From an uncultured Kiritimatiellota bacterium (lineage in GTDB: Bacteria > Verrucomicrobiota > Kiritimatiellia > RFP12 > UBA1067), in the NCBI GenBank assembly GCA_934667425.1, contig CAKULV010000002.1, positions 6,278 through 70,277 of the forward strand: a DNA stretch of 64,000 nt, written 5' to 3'. Numbering within the stretch: position 1 is the first letter of the stretch; each line of letters opens with the position of its first letter. A program made the translations under genes and the position numbers. A model generated the notes under the pieces. It did no database searches. It was not told the DNA's origin and saw only the letters and a list, made by a program, of their open reading frames with translations. This document shows, piece after piece, positions 44,801 to 53,741 of this stretch.

Positions 44801-47200
44801 ATGAAAGGATTATGCATTTGCGCACGTGGCATCGCGGGGGCTGCGGCCCTGTTCGCCGGCCTCCTGGGGCCGTTGGCCGCGTCCTGTTCGCCCGGCTGGG
44901 AGAACGTCAGTCCCGCCCGCCGGGAGATCCCCCCGGCGAAGGTCGTCTGGCGGGCGGCGCCGGACGGCGTGCGCGTCGAGCGCATAGACGGGGCGGAGGG
45001 CACGGTCTCCGTGACGAACGGCGAGGTGCGCATCCGCAAGACCGGCGCGCGCGGCTACATTGTGGTGAGCTGGCCTTCCTTTGGCTGGCCGAAGGGGAAG
45101 CTCATCCGCTTCTTCGCGGAAGTCGAGGCGAAGTCCGGCAGACCGGAGAAAACGTACGGAATGCTCTCGCCATGGTCGGGTGAGCGGCACGTTCCGGCTG
45201 ATGACCGTTGGGGCCGCTACGAGGGATATCTGAGCGGCGGCATCCACATGCGCAAGCTGATCAACTCCGCGCCCGGCACGCCTTACTGGAAGTACCGCAA
45301 CTTCGAGCCCTCGTCAGACGCGGTGACGCCGATGATCGTCATTGGCGGTGCGCCAAGCGAATCGGTATGGCGGCAGATCGGGGCCGAGGACGGCGTGGCG
45401 TCGGCAAAGCTGTGGAACGACCGGTTCCGCAGACTGAGTAAGCCAGACCATTCTTCCGATATGCAGGATGCCGATGCGTTTGCCCGCGCACTTGCGGCGG
45501 ATACTGACCACTCGGCGGAAATCCGCACCGTCAACGGGGTGTCCGCGTTCTTCGTGGACGGGAAGCCCGCGCCGCCCATCGTCTACAAGGCGTCCGAATG
45601 GAGCGCGCAGGACGGCTCCCGCTACGGCGGGAAGGCACTGCAGGATCTCGGCGGCGTGCGAATCGGCATCGCCGACCTGCGCCTCGGGGACCTCGGCTTC
45701 GACGGGTTCCGGGGCCCCTGGGACGCGCGCGGCTTTGACGCGAAGGCGGCCGCGAAGACGATAGAGAGGCAGATGCGCATCGGCGAGAAGTCCCTCTTTA
45801 TGCTGGCGATCAACACGAGCGCCTACCCGGCATTCACGGAGAGGGAGCATCCGGACGAGGTCTGGGTCAGGAAGGACGGCTCCGTCGCCCTCGGCAATTC
45901 CGGCAGCATCACGCCCGACACGTACAACGACGGCGGCGACGTGGATCCGGGCGACCGCCGCTGGCCGTGGGTTTCCTACGCCTCGCCCTCGTGGCGCGCG
46001 GCGATCAAGCGGGTGACGGCCGAGCTCTTCGCGGAACTCCGGCGGCAGGGGCTCATGAAGCGGGTCATCGGCGTGCACTACTGCGGCTACCACGACGGCC
46101 AGTTCGCGTCGCCGATCCTCGACTATTCGCCGGCCGCGAAGGCCGAGCACGCGCGGTACGTGCGCGAGCGGGGCCTGCGCCCCGGCGACCCGGCCGGAAG
46201 CTTCGAGTTCTTCTCGCGCCAGCTTGGCTTCCGCGCGCTGGAGGACTTCTCCCGGGAGGCGAAGCGCCTGGCGGGGAAGCCCATCGTCGCGGCCATGTGG
46301 GACATGACGCCGTTCGGCATCTCCTTCGACGTCACCTCGTTCACGTATTCCGACGCCGTGGACATCATCGCCCCGCAGGCCATGTACCAGCGGCGGATGC
46401 CGGCGCTGTCGCAGGGGATCAACGTGCCGACCGCGTCGTTCCACCGGCACGGGAAGATGCTGTGGATGGAGTTCGACTTCCGCACGTGGGCGGCGCTCGA
46501 CCAGTGGGTCCGGGACCTTGTCGTCTACAAGGGGCTCAACACGGCGGACGACCTTGTCTGCTGGCAGACCCTCCTGCGCAAGCACGCGGGGATGCTGAAC
46601 GCCGCCCGCATGGGCTGGTGGATGTACGACATGTCGGGCGGCTGGTACTCGCCGCGCGAGATCGCCGAGGACTTCCGCCAGGTGGTGGACGTGCGCCGGG
46701 CGCTTGACGCCGTCGCCCCCGACCCGTGGCATCCCGACGTCGCGCTCGTCATCGACGAGGTGGAGATGGCCGGGCTGAAGACGGCCGGAAAGCTCGACTT
46801 CCGTCTGCGCTGGGAGGACTATGGCGCGTCCGGGGTGCCGTACGAGACGTACCTGGCGGCGGACTTCGACTCCGACCCGGCGCTGGCCGGGCGGCACAGG
46901 CTCGTGGTGCGCGACGGCTTCAGGCGCCTGGACGCGGACGGGCTGCACGCGCTGGCCGAGAAGGCCGGGGCGTTCGTGGCCTGCGCGCCGGGCGTGCTGG
47001 AGGTCGACATGAACGGCGACTTCATGTCCGTCCATTGCCTCGTGCCGGGAACGCATCCGGTGCGCCTGCCGTTTGCCGCCCGCGCGACAAACGTGAGGGA
47101 CGGCTCGCGGGCCGTCGGCACGCGCCTTGACCTGGCGATGACCGCCGGCGAGACGCGGTGGTTCAGGATCGAACGGCTGAAGGGAGGGGATGGGAAATGA
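44801..47200 (+). CDS. putative lipoprotein, glycosidase-like, family unknown
   Basis: MKGLCICARGIAGAAALFAGLLGPLAASC has a lipobox-like LAASC. GC3 is very high. The rest of the sequence suggests a TIM-barrel enzyme, but no family motif is recognised. Confidence 0.55.
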   Translation: MKGLCICARGIAGAAALFAGLLGPLAASCSPGWENVSPARREIPPAKVVWRAAPDGVRVERIDGAEGTVSVTNGEVRIRKTGARGYIVVSWPSFGWPKGKLIRFFAEVEAKSGRPEKTYGMLSPWSGERHVPADDRWGRYEGYLSGGIHMRKLINSAPGTPYWKYRNFEPSSDAVTPMIVIGGAPSESVWRQIGAEDGVASAKLWNDRFRRLSKPDHSSDMQDADAFARALAADTDHSAEIRTVNGVSAFFVDGKPAPPIVYKASEWSAQDGSRYGGKALQDLGGVRIGIADLRLGDLGFDGFRGPWDARGFDAKAAAKTIERQMRIGEKSLFMLAINTSAYPAFTEREHPDEVWVRKDGSVALGNSGSITPDTYNDGGDVDPGDRRWPWVSYASPSWRAAIKRVTAELFAELRRQGLMKRVIGVHYCGYHDGQFASPILDYSPAAKAEHARYVRERGLRPGDPAGSFEFFSRQLGFRALEDFSREAKRLAGKPIVAAMWDMTPFGISFDVTSFTYSDAVDIIAPQAMYQRRMPALSQGINVPTASFHRHGKMLWMEFDFRTWAALDQWVRDLVVYKGLNTADDLVCWQTLLRKHAGMLNAARMGWWMYDMSGGWYSPREIAEDFRQVVDVRRALDAVAPDPWHPDVALVIDEVEMAGLKTAGKLDFRLRWEDYGASGVPYETYLAADFDSDPALAGRHRLVVRDGFRRLDADGLHALAEKAGAFVACAPGVLEVDMNGDFMSVHCLVPGTHPVRLPFAARATNVRDGSRAVGTRLDLAMTAGETRWFRIERLKGGDGK

Positions 47201-49299
47201 CGGCGAAGCCGATGCTCGTGTCCGCCGGCGCGCTTGCGTCGCTTGCGCTCCAGGGCGCGTCACTGTCGAACGAGGCGATGGAGATCCGGTTCGCGGACGC
47301 GTCGCGCTCGTTCGCCGTCGAGTCGATCGTCAACCGCCTCGACGGCGAGCGCCGGTTCGTCCGCGGGACGGCGGACGGCAAGGGGCCCCATCTCTTTGAG
47401 CTCGTGTTCGCCCGCGTTGACGCGACGGGCGGCGTCGAGCGCGCGTATCTCCGCGACAGGAACGAGTCCCGCGAGAGGGACCTCTCCGTCTCGGGCGAGA
47501 CGGCGGTCATCTCGCTGAAGGGCTACGACCTGCCGGGCGAGCCGGGCGCGGTCGACGTCGAGGCCCGCGTGACGCTGGCGGCGGGGAGCCCCTTCGCGGA
47601 ATGGCGCATCAGGGTCGCGAACCGCAGCGCGACGTGGGGCCTCGACAGGACGCGGTATCCGTGCCTGCGCGGAATAGTCCGCCCGGGGGAGGCCGACGTG
47701 CTCCTGCCGCACGCGGGACATGGCGCGCGCCTGCTGAGGCGCTTCGACGGGAACGCCCGCAACCGCGTGTGCGCCTGGGGGGAGTACGAGTACCCCTCGT
47801 ACTACCCGATGATGACCGCGTACATGCTTGATGGCGCGGGGCTCGCGGTGTATGCCGACGATCCCGACGCGCGCGTGAAGACGCTGTGGGCGAACGGCCT
47901 TGACTGCTGGTTCGAGACGCCCGTGGAAAACGCCGGGCTCGTCGGCCGGGCGGCGGACGGTCCCGGCTACGTCGTCCGCACGGAGGCGTTCCGCGGCAGC
48001 TGGTGGAACGCCGCGAAGGCCTACCGCCGGTGGGCGCTTCGGCAGAAGTGGTGCGCGAAGGGCCCGATCGCGAAGCGCGCCGACTACCCGAAGGCGATGA
48101 GCGAGCCGTCCTTCTGGCTCTGCAGCTACTGGTTCGGGGCGGAGAGCTTCACGAACAAGTTCAACCGCATCCGCGCGGAATGCCCGGACCTGAAGGTCGG
48201 CGTCCGCTGGTACGACTGGAGCCTGCCCGGGTTCGGCGTCTATCCCGAGATGCTTCCGGCGAAGAAGGGCGTGGCGGAGGCCGGCGCGGTCGTGTCCCGG
48301 CTGGGCTACACGGTCATGCCGTACGTCAACGCCCGCATCTGGGATTCCGTGCTGGCCTCGTTCCGCTACGCGAAGAAGGATATGTGCCGGAAGCCGGACG
48401 GCTCGCCGTTCGTCGAGCAGTGGGGGCTGAAGGGTGTGAGCGGGATCCATCGCCGGCGGGACTACGGCATCATGTGCCCGGTGACGCCGGATTGGCAGGG
48501 CGTCCTTCGCGACATCGCCGCGGGCACGGTCGCGGCCACGAGCGCCAGCGGCATCTACTATGACCAGCTCGGCTGCGCGCCGCCGCGCGGCTGCCGCAAC
48601 CCCGGCCACGGGCATCCCCTCGGGGGCGGGCGCTGGTGGGCCGACGGCAACCGCGAGATCATGCGACAGGCCCATGCGGCCCTCAACCCGAGGGGGATCG
48701 CGGTCACGACGGAGGGCACGGCGGAATGCTACATGGACAGTTGCGACGGCTTCCTCGCGGTGACCGTGCCGACGGTGGCCGACGTGCCGTTCTACGCCGC
48801 CGTCTACTCGGGCTACACGGTCTACTTCGGCACGCGGACGGCGCCGAGGATGGATCCCGCAAAGGCCTTCCCGCTGATGGCGCGCGACTTCATCTGGGGG
48901 TTCGCCAACGGCTGGAGCGACGACTGGTCGGGGCCGGACGCCCTGAATGCGAACCGCGCGGCGGCCGTTCGCTTCGCCCTGGCCCGCCAGCGGTTCTCGG
49001 ACTTCCTTGTCTACGGCACGCTCATGGGCGAGCTGAAGGTCGAGGGCCCCTTGCCGGAGGTCGCGTTCGGGGCCTGGGAAGAGCTCCACAACCGGAGGAA
49101 CCCGGTGGAGGGCACGATGCCCGCCGTCATCGGCGCCTGGTGGCGCGACTGTGACGCCACGCGCCTGATGCTGCTGGCGGTGAACGTGTCGGGCGAGCCG
49201 CGCACGGTCCGCTTTCGCGTGCCGGGGCAGGAGGGGCTTGCCGAGCTCAGGCTCGCCCCGCGGTCGATTGGGTCTTACGAACGGAAGCTGCGCGAGTGA
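47197..49299 (+). CDS. uncharacterised protein, putative glycoside hydrolase-like
   Basis: ATGA overlap with the upstream gene. It is a long ORF with strongly coding GC3 bias. The motif YYDQLGCAPPRGCRNPGHGHPLGGG is noted, but no family is assigned. Confidence 0.55.
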   Translation: MTAKPMLVSAGALASLALQGASLSNEAMEIRFADASRSFAVESIVNRLDGERRFVRGTADGKGPHLFELVFARVDATGGVERAYLRDRNESRERDLSVSGETAVISLKGYDLPGEPGAVDVEARVTLAAGSPFAEWRIRVANRSATWGLDRTRYPCLRGIVRPGEADVLLPHAGHGARLLRRFDGNARNRVCAWGEYEYPSYYPMMTAYMLDGAGLAVYADDPDARVKTLWANGLDCWFETPVENAGLVGRAADGPGYVVRTEAFRGSWWNAAKAYRRWALRQKWCAKGPIAKRADYPKAMSEPSFWLCSYWFGAESFTNKFNRIRAECPDLKVGVRWYDWSLPGFGVYPEMLPAKKGVAEAGAVVSRLGYTVMPYVNARIWDSVLASFRYAKKDMCRKPDGSPFVEQWGLKGVSGIHRRRDYGIMCPVTPDWQGVLRDIAAGTVAATSASGIYYDQLGCAPPRGCRNPGHGHPLGGGRWWADGNREIMRQAHAALNPRGIAVTTEGTAECYMDSCDGFLAVTVPTVADVPFYAAVYSGYTVYFGTRTAPRMDPAKAFPLMARDFIWGFANGWSDDWSGPDALNANRAAAVRFALARQRFSDFLVYGTLMGELKVEGPLPEVAFGAWEELHNRRNPVEGTMPAVIGAWWRDCDATRLMLLAVNVSGEPRTVRFRVPGQEGLAELRLAPRSIGSYERKLRE

Positions 49300-49328
49300 A
49301 AACAAACAAAAAGGAATCGAGGCAAATC

Positions 49329-51914
49329 ATGAAAAGACTGTTTACTGCCGCATGTGTTGCGTTTTCGGCCACGCTTGCGTCGGCCGGGACGGAGGTCGTG
49401 CCCGAGCTGCCGGTCGCGGGCGACACGACGATCGAGGTGCCGTCCGGCACGACGAGGCGGATCGAGTACCTTTCGGGGACAGATTCCGCGACGGTCACGA
49501 AGACCGGCGACGGAACGCTGGAGATCGCGGTCGTCGGCAACGCCAACATCGCCTTTGCCGTGCAGGAAGGCACGTTGCGCAGCGTGCGCCCTGGGCGGAT
49601 GCGCGCGATCGACGGCGTCTACTTCCACGTTGACGCGAACGACGTCACGGGAATGAGCGTCGTCCCCGCGAACGGCACGAACTTCGTCTCGCGCTGGGGC
49701 GACGTCGACGGCCGCGCGCCCTTTGCCCAATCACTGCCGGGGAAGCCGCGCCCGTTCCTGGCGGAAGGGACCCTCAACGGCTTGCAGGTCATGGATTTCG
49801 GCGGCTTCTCCAGCACCGAGGGCGTCGGCAGAGACGCGGACACGGCGGCCTACATGGACTGGAATGCGAAAAGGTTCGTGCGCGAGTCGTTTTGGGTCTG
49901 GAAGGATCATGATGGTCTGAAGGACCTTGCCTCCGCCAGCCAAAACGACTTTTACGGCCCGACGCCCGTGCTTCTCGGGGCGGCCCTGTATCGCGGCAAG
50001 GGCGGCAACGGCAAGGACTTCCTCTTCTCCAATGTCGAGGCGCCGGAGTCCCTGAAGCTCTCGGCCGCCGTCGATGGCGTCGCGCTGTCGTCGCCAACGG
50101 CCGCGCGCATCGGGGAAGGCTGGCACGTGGGCTGTGTGCGGATGCCGGGGACCTATACGGGAAGCAATGACCTTGACAAGGACTACGGCGGCGCCGCGTT
50201 CGGACGCCGCACGTACACGCCGCCGTCCGGCGGATTCCAGATGGCGGAGGCCGTGTTCTGCACGAATGCGGTTTCCGATGCCGACGCCGCCTACCTGAAC
50301 GACTACCTGCGCTGCAAGTGGTTCGCCGCCTCGGTCGGCGACGTCACGGTCGCGAAGGGGGCGACGCTGGATGTCGCGGAGGTTCCGCTGCGCATTGGAC
50401 GCCTTCACGTCATCGACGCGGCGAGCGTGGCCGGACTCGACAACCTTCGCGCCCTGGAGGTGTTCTGCCCGAGCAACACGATGCTGTCCGCAGGGGCGAC
50501 GTTCCATGCCGTGGACTTTGCGGAGTCGGCGACGCCCAACCTCGCGTTTGCCGGCGACGGGGAGATCGCGGTCGCGTCGGGAAGGGCTCGCGGCAACATG
50601 GTGGAGGCGTCGGGGACGCTTGCCAAGACCGGGATCGGCGAGCTGGAGCTTTCCTATCTGACCGAAGGCGTTACGGGGCTGTCCGTGACGGAAGGCGCAC
50701 TGACGCTCTCGCCGCTCCTTTCGTCCGCGAGCGTCCTGCACTTCGACGCGTCGCAGCGCGTGATGACGGAAGACGTTGGCGGGAAGGCGGTCGTGACCCG
50801 CTGGGACGACGTCAATGCCGGGCGCGGCAGCTCGCTGAAGGAAGTCGCGGGCGGCTATGCGTTTGACAGGTCGCGCCCGGTGAATCGCCCCTGCCTCGTG
50901 CCCGGGCTGGCAAACGGTCTCCCCTTGGTGGATTTCGGGGGCTTTGCCGACATGAACCACCCTGACGGGCATGGCGCGGGGCTTCAGTTCACCAGGCCGC
51001 TTGCAGGCGGGAAGTCGTCACTCACGACAAATGACGGATGGCTTCAGGCGTTTGCCGTCTGGCAGGACGACGAGTCGGCAAGCGCATTGGGCCTGGTCGA
51101 CGGAAGCGAGTTCGTCGGCCCTTGCCTCTTCGGGTCGAACTGGGCCTGGACACGCGGCAAGGGCGGCGGCGGAAACGGGTTCCCGCTCGCCGGAACGACG
51201 TCTTCCGATTTCCGCCAGAGCCTGAAGCTGGATGGCGTTCTGGTGCCGCCTGTCGAGTGCGGAAGCCGCCGGGTGCCTTCGGGGCTTCACCTTCTTGACA
51301 CGCGGCCTGGCTGTCAGGATGGCCTGAGCGGCGTTCAGGTCGTGGGCTGCAAGATCGGGGCGAAGGAAAGCTCGTACTACGGGGGCGTGAAGTTCGGCGA
51401 GTTCCTGTTCTTCCGCCATTACATTCCAGAGGGTCAGCGGCAGAAGATCGCCGCCGCGCTCGGCGTGAAGTGGTTCGGCACCGGCGCCTACAGGCTCGCG
51501 CAGACGTTCGGCTCCGTGTCCGTCGCGGACGGCGCCCGCGCGTCCTTCCCCTACGCGGACGTGACCGTGACGAACCTGACGGCCTCGGGCGAAGTGTCCG
51601 CGAGGTCGCTGACCGTCGCCGCCGGCGGACGGCTCATCGTCACCGGCGACGCGGAGTCCGTTTCGTGCCTGACCGCCAACGCGCTGCGCTTCGAGGGGTC
51701 TGGCGTCATCGAGCTGTCCGCGCCGGCGCTCGGCGGGCGCGTCGAGCGGGCGGTCAAGGTGGCGTCCGTCCCGAACGGGCCCGAGACGCCCGCACGGGTG
51801 CCGGGCTGGCGCGTGCCGTCCGCCGGCATCCTGTCGGTCGGCGGGCTGCTGGAGCGCCGCCAAGACGGGTACTACCTCGTCCCTCCACGCGGCGCGACAA
51901 TCGTGATCCGGTGA
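49329..51914 (+). CDS. large secreted protein with two LamG-like modules and a PATR-like segment
   Basis: Signal peptide MKRLFTAACVAFSATLASA. There is an internal duplication, with both modules starting [FL]H[VF]DA and ending KWF. LAKTGIGELELS is present. The protein ends ...RGATIVIR. Confidence 0.7.
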   Translation: MKRLFTAACVAFSATLASAGTEVVPELPVAGDTTIEVPSGTTRRIEYLSGTDSATVTKTGDGTLEIAVVGNANIAFAVQEGTLRSVRPGRMRAIDGVYFHVDANDVTGMSVVPANGTNFVSRWGDVDGRAPFAQSLPGKPRPFLAEGTLNGLQVMDFGGFSSTEGVGRDADTAAYMDWNAKRFVRESFWVWKDHDGLKDLASASQNDFYGPTPVLLGAALYRGKGGNGKDFLFSNVEAPESLKLSAAVDGVALSSPTAARIGEGWHVGCVRMPGTYTGSNDLDKDYGGAAFGRRTYTPPSGGFQMAEAVFCTNAVSDADAAYLNDYLRCKWFAASVGDVTVAKGATLDVAEVPLRIGRLHVIDAASVAGLDNLRALEVFCPSNTMLSAGATFHAVDFAESATPNLAFAGDGEIAVASGRARGNMVEASGTLAKTGIGELELSYLTEGVTGLSVTEGALTLSPLLSSASVLHFDASQRVMTEDVGGKAVVTRWDDVNAGRGSSLKEVAGGYAFDRSRPVNRPCLVPGLANGLPLVDFGGFADMNHPDGHGAGLQFTRPLAGGKSSLTTNDGWLQAFAVWQDDESASALGLVDGSEFVGPCLFGSNWAWTRGKGGGGNGFPLAGTTSSDFRQSLKLDGVLVPPVECGSRRVPSGLHLLDTRPGCQDGLSGVQVVGCKIGAKESSYYGGVKFGEFLFFRHYIPEGQRQKIAAALGVKWFGTGAYRLAQTFGSVSVADGARASFPYADVTVTNLTASGEVSARSLTVAAGGRLIVTGDAESVSCLTANALRFEGSGVIELSAPALGGRVERAVKVASVPNGPETPARVPGWRVPSAGILSVGGLLERRQDGYYLVPPRGATIVIR

Positions 51915-51916
51915 AA

Positions 51917-52030
51917 GATGGTAGTTGGTAGATGGTAGTTGGTAGGTTTTAGGGAATTTGCGATTTGCGATTTGCGATTGCATTTGGCCATTTAGGTATT
52001 TGATTCTACCCACTACCAACTACCATCTAC
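51917..52030. repeat. modular intergenic repeat, copy D (full)
   Basis: Perfect 18-bp inverted repeat: GTAGATGGTAGTTGGTAG (51928-51945) with CTACCAACTACCATCTAC (52013-52030). It flanks the core TTTTAGGGAATTTGCGATTTGCGATTTGCGATTGCATTTGGCCATTTAGGTATTTGATT. Confidence 0.9.
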
Positions 52031-52062
52031 GATTACATTGAGCCATTTGAGGATTTGCCGTG

Positions 52063-52083
52063 GCGACGACGCCCTCGTCGTCG
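52063..52083. repeat. GC hairpin CGACGACG-CCCT-CGTCGTCG (second copy, inverted, at 35618-35639)
   Basis: An 8-bp perfect stem. The copy in element A is the exact reverse complement, with loop AGGG. Confidence 0.8.
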
Positions 52084-52151
52084 TGAGGAAATCGCCGTGC
52101 AACCCGCCCTCGTCGTATAGAGAATGGCCGTGTGGGAGTGTAAATGGCAAC

Positions 52152-52176
52152 GGTCGCGACAAGCGCGACCCTCCCG
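52152..52176. repeat. hairpin motif GGWCGCG-ACAAG-CGCGWCC followed by CTCCCG (other copies at 62281-62306 and, inverted, 62341-62365)
   Basis: Three copies were read directly. The stem sequence differs between copies, but pairing, the ACAAG loop and the CCTCCCG tail are kept. Confidence 0.75.
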
Positions 52177-52250
52177 TGCAACGCACGACGGCGAGGGCGC
52201 ACCCCTCTTGCGACCGCTTGCGCGGCTCACTTCGTTCGGGGGATATGTCG

Positions 52251-52337
52251 CTACTACCAACTACCATCTACCAACTACCAACTCAAACGACCAAATGCAA
52301 TCGTAAATCGCAAATCCTAAATTCCCCTAAACCCTAC
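52251..52337. repeat. modular intergenic repeat, copy E (core in opposite orientation to copy D)
   Basis: The CTACC array is 52251-52283. It is followed by ACCAAATGCAATCGTAAATCGCAAATCCTAAATTCCCCTAAA, the reverse complement of the C/D core. Confidence 0.85.
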
Positions 52338-52349
52338 TTGCCTGATTTG

Positions 52350-52358
52350 TGGTATACT
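52350..52358 (+). promoter_or_regulatory. extended -10 TGgTATACT upstream of the Gfo/Idh/MocA gene
   Basis: It lies immediately downstream of repeat copy E and 33 nt before the ATG, with a GAAAGGAA RBS in between. Confidence 0.45.
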
Positions 52359-52391
52359 TACGGACATCGAAAAGAAAGGAATTGTTGCCTA

Positions 52392-53708
52392 ATGCAAAAC
52401 AGACGTGATTTCCTGAAGGGCGCGGCGGCGATCGGAGCATTCGCCATTGTGCCGGCCAGCGTGTTGCGCGGCGAGACCGCGCCATCCAACCAGCTCACCC
52501 GTGCGCTTATCGGCTTCGGCTCGATCGCGCATTCCGCGAACCACCTGCCTTTCAAGGGTTCGCGCCTCATCGGCCTGTGCGACCCTTACGAGGCCCGCGT
52601 GAAGGCCGGCCTCAAGGCTGCGGCGGACAAGGGCTTCGGCAAGGTCAAGGCGTACGGGAACTTCCTTGAGCTGCTTGCCGACAAGGATGTCGACATCGTC
52701 CACATCTGCACGCCGCCGCACTGGCACGGGTGCATGAGCGTGATGGCCGCGAACGCGGGCAAGGACATCTGGTGCGAGAAGCCCATGACGCGCACCGTGG
52801 GCGAAGGCAAGCGCGTGATGGAGGTCGTCAAGGCGAAGAAGCGCATGTTCCGCCTCAACACCTGGTTCCGCTTCCAGGGCACGTTCTACGGATTCGGCAC
52901 GACTGTCGAGCCCATCAGGCAGGTCGTGGAGAACGGACTTCTCGGGAATGGTCCGATCAAGTGCACGTTCGGCGCCGGGCAGGGCTTCAGCTGGAAGTTC
53001 TTCTGGTCCGGCCGCGTGAACGCCGCGCCGGAGCCGATCCCGCAGGGCTTCGACTGGGACATGTGGCTCGGCCCCGCGCCGTGGAAGCCGTACACGGCCC
53101 ACCGCGCCGGCACGTCGTTCCGCGGATACTGGGACTACGATTCGGGCGGGCTCGGCGACATGGCGCAGCACTACCTCGATCCGCTCCAGTACCTCCTCTG
53201 CAAGGATGATACCAGCCCGGTGAAGGTGGATTACGTCGGGCCGAAGCAGCATCCCGAGGCGGTGGGCCGCTTCGACCGCATCACGCTCACGTATGCGGAC
53301 GGCACGGAGGTCGTGCTTGACGGCGACGAGACGCTGAAGGGCGAGCCTCTCCTGCGCGGCTCCAACGGCCTGTGCGTGTATCCGAAGGCGAAGGGCGGCA
53401 AGACGCTCCGCCTCGTCGACGCCGGCGGCAAGGAGCTGGACGCGGAGAAGATACTCGCGGACCTTCCGAAGCCCGCCGCACAGCAGACGGACTTCATCGA
53501 CAGCTGCAAGAACCGCAAGACGTTCGCGCTCAACGAGTCGAACGGCTTCCGTTCCTGCACCATGTTCAACCTCGGCATCGCGGCCGAACGTCTTGGACGC
53601 GGGTTCAGGTTCGACCCGGAGACGCTGCATGCGGTCGACGATCCGGCCGCCGAGAGGTTCCTCTACCAGACAATGCGCGAACCGTGGCGCACGGAGATGT
53701 GGGGCTGA
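52392..53708 (+). CDS. TAT-exported Gfo/Idh/MocA family oxidoreductase
   Basis: MQNRRDFLKGAAAIGAFA is a twin-arginine signal. The Rossmann region and DIVHICTPPHWH are typical of the family. Confidence 0.85.
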   Translation: MQNRRDFLKGAAAIGAFAIVPASVLRGETAPSNQLTRALIGFGSIAHSANHLPFKGSRLIGLCDPYEARVKAGLKAAADKGFGKVKAYGNFLELLADKDVDIVHICTPPHWHGCMSVMAANAGKDIWCEKPMTRTVGEGKRVMEVVKAKKRMFRLNTWFRFQGTFYGFGTTVEPIRQVVENGLLGNGPIKCTFGAGQGFSWKFFWSGRVNAAPEPIPQGFDWDMWLGPAPWKPYTAHRAGTSFRGYWDYDSGGLGDMAQHYLDPLQYLLCKDDTSPVKVDYVGPKQHPEAVGRFDRITLTYADGTEVVLDGDETLKGEPLLRGSNGLCVYPKAKGGKTLRLVDAGGKELDAEKILADLPKPAAQQTDFIDSCKNRKTFALNESNGFRSCTMFNLGIAAERLGRGFRFDPETLHAVDDPAAERFLYQTMREPWRTEMWG

Positions 53709-53741
53709 AGTCCAATGTCTCGCGAAACTACAGAAGGAGCG

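Noticed and set aside
44710-45039. Upstream extension of the histidine kinase ORF, and likewise 35400..35552 for ftsH, 13649..14056 for the SDR and 37891..37971 for the LamG protein
   Set aside because: These extensions run through promoter or repeat regions or through neighbouring genes. Internal ATGs give proper signal peptides or family-typical N-termini.
45314-49305. Two long minus-strand ORFs (45314..47263 and 47260..49305)
   Set aside because: They are antisense to the very high-GC3 plus-strand genes. The translations are low-complexity Arg/Pro/Gly/His-rich. The plus-strand frames show the expected third-position G+C excess (33/36 in the sample counted).
52038-52391. 118-codon N-terminal extension of the Gfo/Idh/MocA ORF through the D/E repeat composite
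   Set aside because: The translation crosses hairpins and heptad arrays (LLPTTIYQLPTQTT). The TAT signal MQNRRDFLKG begins at 52392, preceded by a promoter-like element and an RBS.
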